This document shows, piece after piece, positions 15,552 through 20,000 of a stretch of 20,000 bases of DNA (its first letter is position 1; the number at the start of each line of letters is the position of its first letter). The stretch is taken from IMG/VR virus record IMGVR_UViG_2831345111_000004. One strand, written 5' to 3'. The stretch is from an uncultured virus (IMG/VR IMGVR_UViG_2831345111_000004). Taxonomy: Duplodnaviria; Heunggongvirae; Uroviricota; Caudoviricetes. The notes under the pieces were generated by a model that saw nothing but the letters and a program-made list of their open reading frames with translations, was not told the DNA's origin and made no database searches. The translations under genes and the position numbers were made by a program.

Positions 15552-16886
15552 CTAGGCTACCTTCTTCGCCTCAAAGAAAGCGACCCAAGGCTCATCGTTA
15601 TCCTTCTGCACCGGCTCTTCACCGAGGTGAACCGGCATGGAGAAGGTGATACCGCGCTCAGGATGGGTAATCCACAAAGCCTGTTGCGGCGGCTCGTAGC
15701 CGAAGTTATTGGCATGCGCATATTCGTTGTAGCCAATCAGCGAGCCGTTCATGATGATTCGGCGCATTTGCAGCAACTGGTGGAAGTGGCCAATCACGAG
15801 CGTGTCGTATTCCTGGCCAATCTGCGCATTACGGGAACGCTTCTTGTGGTCACCACGCGTAATGGGACCCAAGGGGCCAATCATGCCGTCGCCACCGCGG
15901 AACTGGTTGCCGTGGGTAATGAGGTATTTGTGGCCATAGACGGAAATCAGCGCATCAGAGCCATCCGGGATGTAGAAGATAACGTCTTCATCCTCCGCGA
16001 AATAGCGGTCCAGCGTCTGGTAGATGAGCCAGTCATAGGAGCTGAAATTCGATTCCTTGGCACGCATCTTCTTGTGCAAGCGACCGTGATTACCGGCAAC
16101 ACAGGGCAGGAACACGCGACCAAAGACTTCCTTGAGGCGATTGATAGCCGCAATCAGGTGGTCAATCAGGTCCAACACCACCGGCATAATGGGCATGTCG
16201 TTGGTTTCGGACAGCTCTTCATGAATATTGCCTGAAACCATGTCGCCACCCAGCGCGAAGATGATGCCGGGATACTGCGGGTTCACCATGTGCTTGGTCA
16301 GCAACTCAATGGTGGATTCGATAAGGGTACGCAGGCGAGAACGGGCGATGACGAGGTTATATTCATTAACACCGCCGATTTCGGTCGGGTTAACCACTTC
16401 ACCCCAGTGCCAGTCAGAGCCAAACAGGAAGGGAACGCCAGGAGCTGCATGCAAGGCACGAACCTTGGTCGACTTCGGCAGGGACAGCCAGTCCGGAATC
16501 GTGGGCTTGTAGGCGGCGATACCAAAAATCTTTTCACGGACAGCCTGCTCAGACAGCGCCTGGTCCTTGTAGGTGCGAACCAGATTTTCCAAGGTGCGGA
16601 TGCGGTTCTCGAGGATGGCCTCCTTGGCTGCGCCCGTGGCTTCACCGCTTGCCAAATTTTCGGCGACTTCGACATGCTCGGCGATGCGCTCATCTATCGG
16701 CTTACGGCCACCGGTAGCGACCGGCGCCACCGCATGAGGAACACCGGCTTCAGCCAGAACTTCACGCGCCTTCTTCAGCTTGCCGTTGAAGGTGCTTTGA
16801 GCCATTTTGAGCGCTTTGGCAGCAGCTCGTTGATTCTTGTGTACGTCCAACGCCTTCACAATGCGGTTAGCGGTTTTCAAGTCCAT
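15552..16886 (-). CDS. Calcineurin-like metallophosphoesterase with N-terminal HTH and coiled coil (phage-type)
   Basis: SDWHWGE, GGDMVSG, GNHGR, THG, GHFH; N-terminal NQRAAAKALKMAQSTFNGKL is HTH-like. Confidence 0.85.
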   Translation of the reverse strand: MDLKTANRIVKALDVHKNQRAAAKALKMAQSTFNGKLKKAREVLAEAGVPHAVAPVATGGRKPIDERIAEHVEVAENLASGEATGAAKEAILENRIRTLENLVRTYKDQALSEQAVREKIFGIAAYKPTIPDWLSLPKSTKVRALHAAPGVPFLFGSDWHWGEVVNPTEIGGVNEYNLVIARSRLRTLIESTIELLTKHMVNPQYPGIIFALGGDMVSGNIHEELSETNDMPIMPVVLDLIDHLIAAINRLKEVFGRVFLPCVAGNHGRLHKKMRAKESNFSSYDWLIYQTLDRYFAEDEDVIFYIPDGSDALISVYGHKYLITHGNQFRGGDGMIGPLGPITRGDHKKRSRNAQIGQEYDTLVIGHFHQLLQMRRIIMNGSLIGYNEYAHANNFGYEPPQQALWITHPERGITFSMPVHLGEEPVQKDNDEPWVAFFEAKKVA

Positions 16887-16973
16887 TAATAGAACTCCAA
16901 ATCAAGATGACAGTTAGATTTATCTCAGCCAAAATAGAGGGCGGCCGAGGTCGAAGAGTGATTCGATAGGACT

Positions 16974-17002
16974 AGTATATTGTTAAATACCACTTTTGTC
17001 AA
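16974..17002 (-). promoter_or_regulatory. Near-consensus sigma70 promoter
   Basis: TTGACA-17 nt-TATACT. Confidence 0.8.
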
Positions 17003-17124
17003 CTTAACAAAGGAGATTTTGCACGCCCATACTCTTGCAGGGGCTGTACCTGTCCCCATCACATTCTTTGCTGGCATCCTGCTAGCCGCTCAGGTTGCTG
17101 CCTGATTACCTTCCCTGGCTTGCG

Positions 17125-17153
17125 TTGCTTATATATGTATTCTATGGTATATT
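17125..17153 (+). promoter_or_regulatory. Sigma70-type promoter
   Basis: TTGCTT-17 nt-TATATT with TG extension. Confidence 0.6.
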
Positions 17154-17181
17154 TACTCATTCCTTATTCAAGGGCCGCACC

Positions 17182-17670
17182 ATGGAATTATTGCTTAGCA
17201 TTCGTAATGCACTGCTGTCGATATTGGCTGCAATGGGCTGCGTCAGCCTCTTGGCGTTTGCAAAAACCTCGTACGACATTGCGACGGCAGAGGCGCTCAC
17301 CATTCAAATTCCGCAAGTTGCCTTGGCAAAGCTCGATTCGATTATTTATGTCGGCCCACCCTATTTCATGTCGCCTCCTCAAATTGATGTGGCGCCCTTT
17401 GCCCCTTGGGGAGTGGACCCCAAGTGGCAGACCACTACGCTCTCCCTACCCGTATCCTGCGCGTCATTCGCCTTTGAATTGGGCCGACAACCGCAGATTC
17501 ATGGCAATGCCGAGCTGATTCCTGTCAGGGTGGTCGTCCTTGGTTGGACCTTGGATGCTAACGGACGGAAAGCGGCGATGCGTGAGGCCGGCCAGTGCAT
17601 TGAATCAGCCATCAAGCTTTCGGTGCATGCCTCCAAAAATCTACACGCCCAGGCCAAGGGAATTGTATGA
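17182..17670 (+). CDS. Hypothetical membrane-anchored/exported protein
   Basis: ATG at 17182 lies downstream of the promoter; N-terminal hydrophobic helix; ATGA overlap with the next gene. Confidence 0.65.
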   Translation: MELLLSIRNALLSILAAMGCVSLLAFAKTSYDIATAEALTIQIPQVALAKLDSIIYVGPPYFMSPPQIDVAPFAPWGVDPKWQTTTLSLPVSCASFAFELGRQPQIHGNAELIPVRVVVLGWTLDANGRKAAMREAGQCIESAIKLSVHASKNLHAQAKGIV

Positions 17671-18425
17671 ACCGTACACTTATGGCGGCGCTGTCCGGAT
17701 TATTTGCATCTTCCGCGCTGGCCGCGGATTGCACGCCCATCAATCCTATGGATAGCATCAATCAGGAGTGGCCAGCTTATGAAGCCTATGTCCTGACGAT
17801 TGCACCGATAGGGAAGTCTGCCGATTGGTCCAAGCTCGACGTTCCGGGTCTCAAGGTTTTACCTCGCCTACCCGTCACCCCTCTTCTGGGCGGGAAGGTC
17901 GAAGACCTCTATATGGCCACACTACCTGCATCTAGCCTTCAAAGGTTTGGCCAAGCTCTTCGTGCAGCATTCAACCCTGGCGCGATTGGCCCGCTCCCCT
18001 TATCTGCTCCCTTGGGCTCCCCGGCGGGATACCATACAGGTAAGCAGTTCAGTTACGTGAAAGCACACTCAACTGCGCCCGGCCAAGGGGTCATAGGCGC
18101 GGAACTGGGTCGAGAACCCGTCACATTGGATATTCAGGTCAATGGATTTAATGGGGAGAATGGCTTCCAGCCGGAATCCAGCATAACCCTGGCATGGCAG
18201 GGTATCGTGGGCTGGGAGTCTGAGTCTGGAGCGATTGGTGCGTGGCCAACTGCAGAACAAACGGCACCTGATTTTACGCCGAAAACAGAAGTCCCTGAGT
18301 GGCACTCAGCGACCCCGGTCGAACAAAAGGCCTCAGTGACCACCTGCATAAAGCAATCCCCCGACGAAGCTGTGTTCATCGGGGGATTGCTGGATAAGGC
18401 CGTACTGTTGCTGCGTACCAGGTAG
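17667..18425 (+). CDS. Secreted protein resembling a truncated PilN/secretin C-domain
   Basis: Signal peptide. APLGSPAGYHTGKQFSYV...LG...TLDIQV...PE...PDEAVFIGGL...VLLLR follows the order of secretin C-domain motifs. Confidence 0.45.
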   Translation: MNRTLMAALSGLFASSALAADCTPINPMDSINQEWPAYEAYVLTIAPIGKSADWSKLDVPGLKVLPRLPVTPLLGGKVEDLYMATLPASSLQRFGQALRAAFNPGAIGPLPLSAPLGSPAGYHTGKQFSYVKAHSTAPGQGVIGAELGREPVTLDIQVNGFNGENGFQPESSITLAWQGIVGWESESGAIGAWPTAEQTAPDFTPKTEVPEWHSATPVEQKASVTTCIKQSPDEAVFIGGLLDKAVLLLRTR

Positions 18426-18435
18426 GCCTGAAGGA

Positions 18436-20000
18436 CTAGTTAATCAGGCACGAAGTGTATGATGACGCATAATACCCGTTCGCCTGAAACCCACTGACGG
18501 TGTAAGTGCAGGTGGCAGAAGCTTGTTTATTACCTTGCAGTGTGTAGCCTGCGGGGCAAGTGGGGTAGGCCGGGTAATTAATACCAGCTCCACACGCACT
18601 AGTTGAAGTGTAAACGTTAACGAAACCATTTGCAGGAACGCCCCAGATACCGAATCTGGAGATGAAATCCAAGCCGATGGCATGCAACGAGGTGCTGGAA
18701 CCCATCGCCCATACCCCCGCCTGGCACGACAAGACTGCTCCCGTGCTGGAATTTGCAATAGCGCCACTGGAGAATCCAGAGCAGCTTGCGCCTGCCGTAG
18801 CCACATAAGACATATCCAACGTACGCGCACTCAAGTCGTTGGTGACCGTGACGTTGCCGCCAGTCACAGCCACCCCGCCGGAGAACGTCTGCAGGCCGCT
18901 GAAGGTCTGAGCCGCATCGGTACGCGCGACCGTCGCCGACGTGCTCGGGAACGTCATCGTCGTGCCGTCGGTGCCAGCCAGGGCAATGGTATTGTTGACC
19001 TGCAGCGTCTTACTCGTAGTGCCACCAGCAACACTGAAGCCTGTCGCATTAGCTTGCAGGGTCAGCCCGTTAGTCCACTTGCCAGTTGCCGAGTTGTAGA
19101 CCAAGGCTTGACCATTGGTAGGGCTCACCACCCCCCAGTCACTCATACCCGAAAGACTTGTTGCGCCGCCAACACGAACCCATGCCGCGCCGGTATCGCG
19201 ATAGATTTCATCGGTATCCGTCGTGACATAAACACGGTTCGCCACACCTGCTGCCGGACGCGCAGCTAGCGTGCCGGTGACGTTCGGTCCAGACAGCACC
19301 AGGTTGCCGCCAGAAACATTCAAGCCCGCGGGCAAGTTGACACCGCTCGAGGTCGCACTCAGGACTTGCGTACCACCAGCGACCAAGCCAAGCGTATTAG
19401 CCGATGGCGAATACAACCCTGTGGTCGAGCTACCCGTGAAGGTGTACGAAGGCGAGGTCGTGGACCCAGCCGGAGCCACAATCTGGCCCGTCGCAGTCAG
19501 CGTCGAAGTGTTGATGCCGCCGTTGGCCGTGATGCCGCCAGAGGTCACCAGCGTCGTCAGGGAGCCATTACGGCTGCCATCGATGGCCGTCGTTCCGCCA
19601 ATCTGAAGTGAGCCGACGTTTGCGGTTCCGGTGATGGTTGCATTACCGGCAGCGGTGATATTGTTGACGCCAGCGATGTTGCGGCTGGTGTCAATCACCG
19701 TTGTGCCGCCGACCTGGAGGCCGCCGCCCGCATTCACTACGCCGGAGAATGAACCACCATTCGCCGTCACATTCTTGCTGGCATCTAGGAACACGGCGCC
19801 GTTGACCGTGACCGTGCCGTCGGTGCCCAGATTGAAGCGTTCAGAGCCACCCGTCTTGATGGCGAAGCTACCGTTGGCGACATTAATCAGCATCTTGCTG
19901 TTGGTGTTGTCGTAGCCGAGGAAGGCATTCACCGCGGAACCGGCGGTATTGTAGATGTTGACGCCAGTCGTTGAGCCAGTACCGCTCAAGCCAAGCGCGG
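18436..20000 (-). CDS. 3' part of a large G/T/S/N-rich fibre/adhesin protein: tail-fibre-like repeats plus shufflon PilV-like C-terminus (5' end outside the window)
   Basis: The frame stays open past 19989 to the edge. Modules: GGTTVIDTSRN repeats, GSTTSPSYTFTG...TGLYSP, ARPAAG..NRVYVTTDT, PTNGQALVYN, then GASC...GAVLSCQAGVW and TCPAGY. Confidence 0.8.
   Translation of the reverse strand, partial: ALGLSGTGSTTGVNIYNTAGSAVNAFLGYDNTNSKMLINVANGSFAIKTGGSERFNLGTDGTVTVNGAVFLDASKNVTANGGSFSGVVNAGGGLQVGGTTVIDTSRNIAGVNNITAAGNATITGTANVGSLQIGGTTAIDGSRNGSLTTLVTSGGITANGGINTSTLTATGQIVAPAGSTTSPSYTFTGSSTTGLYSPSANTLGLVAGGTQVLSATSSGVNLPAGLNVSGGNLVLSGPNVTGTLAARPAAGVANRVYVTTDTDEIYRDTGAAWVRVGGATSLSGMSDWGVVSPTNGQALVYNSATGKWTNGLTLQANATGFSVAGGTTSKTLQVNNTIALAGTDGTTMTFPSTSATVARTDAAQTFSGLQTFSGGVAVTGGNVTVTNDLSARTLDMSYVATAGASCSGFSSGAIANSSTGAVLSCQAGVWAMGSSTSLHAIGLDFISRFGIWGVPANGFVNVYTSTSACGAGINYPAYPTCPAGYTLQGNKQASATCTYTVSGFQANGYYASSYTSCLIN
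19567..19812 (-). repeat. Three degenerate protein-level repeats in the fibre gene
   Basis: VTVNGAVFLDASKN, LQVGGTTVIDTSRN, LQIGGTTAIDGSRN. Confidence 0.65.

Noticed and set aside
15627..16889. 202-aa and 199-aa plus-strand ORFs
   Set aside because: Shadows of the codon-biased metallophosphoesterase gene.
17095..17181. ORF-track N-terminal extensions (also 13178-13234, 2239-2283, 1456-1503, 9548-9586)
   Set aside because: They run through promoters, terminators or upstream genes, and downstream ATGs fit RBS or promoter positions better.
18287..18305. Second sfx-like sequence GTGCCACTCAGGGACTTCT on the minus strand, hinting at a shufflon cassette
   Set aside because: It lies inside a plus-strand gene, lacks the terminal TGG, is in direct rather than inverted orientation, and no recombinase is present; probably chance.
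18436..18720. Fibre tip as a diversity-generating retroelement target
   Set aside because: No template repeat or reverse transcriptase in the window and no C-type-lectin GFR-type ending; cannot be excluded outside the window.
18682..19915. Several plus-strand ORFs opposite the fibre gene
   Set aside because: Expected from low-complexity GC-rich codons on the minus strand.
1..20000. CRISPR array, tRNA/rRNA, IS element, integrase
   Set aside because: No regularly spaced repeats, cloverleaf signatures or transposase/recombinase motifs were found by eye, and the spacers are too short for arrays.

Overview
Gene-dense accessory DNA, mostly on the minus strand, with GC-rich genes and short AT-rich spacers. 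It looks like part of a large proteobacterial mobile replicon (megaplasmid, phage-plasmid or jumbo-phage-like element; inference from gene content). Recognisable products: HD/SpoT-hydrolase-like protein with a degenerate active site, TorF-like porin, HU, SLT lytic transglycosylase, RNase R/II, Lar-like zinc-ribbon protein, DHH/DHHA1 phosphoesterase, Rnl2-type RNA ligase, ParB/Srx-like protein, degenerate TraC/VirB4-like fragment, HTH-metallophosphoesterase, PilN-secretin-like protein, and the 3' end of a large fibre protein joining phage tail-fibre repeats to a shufflon PilV-like tip. Most notable: (1) an RNA ligase + DHH operon with RNase R nearby, a possible non-canonical RNA repair/turnover module; (2) a shared promoter signature G(C/T)ATWWAAYG(G/C)-TATA(C/T)T in most spacers, plus a TGTTAAC box; (3) apparent pseudo-enzymes or miniaturised conjugation parts; (4) the tail-fibre/PilV chimera. 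No rRNA, tRNA, CRISPR array, transposase or integrase was recognised. All family calls come from motif recognition by eye, not database searches.
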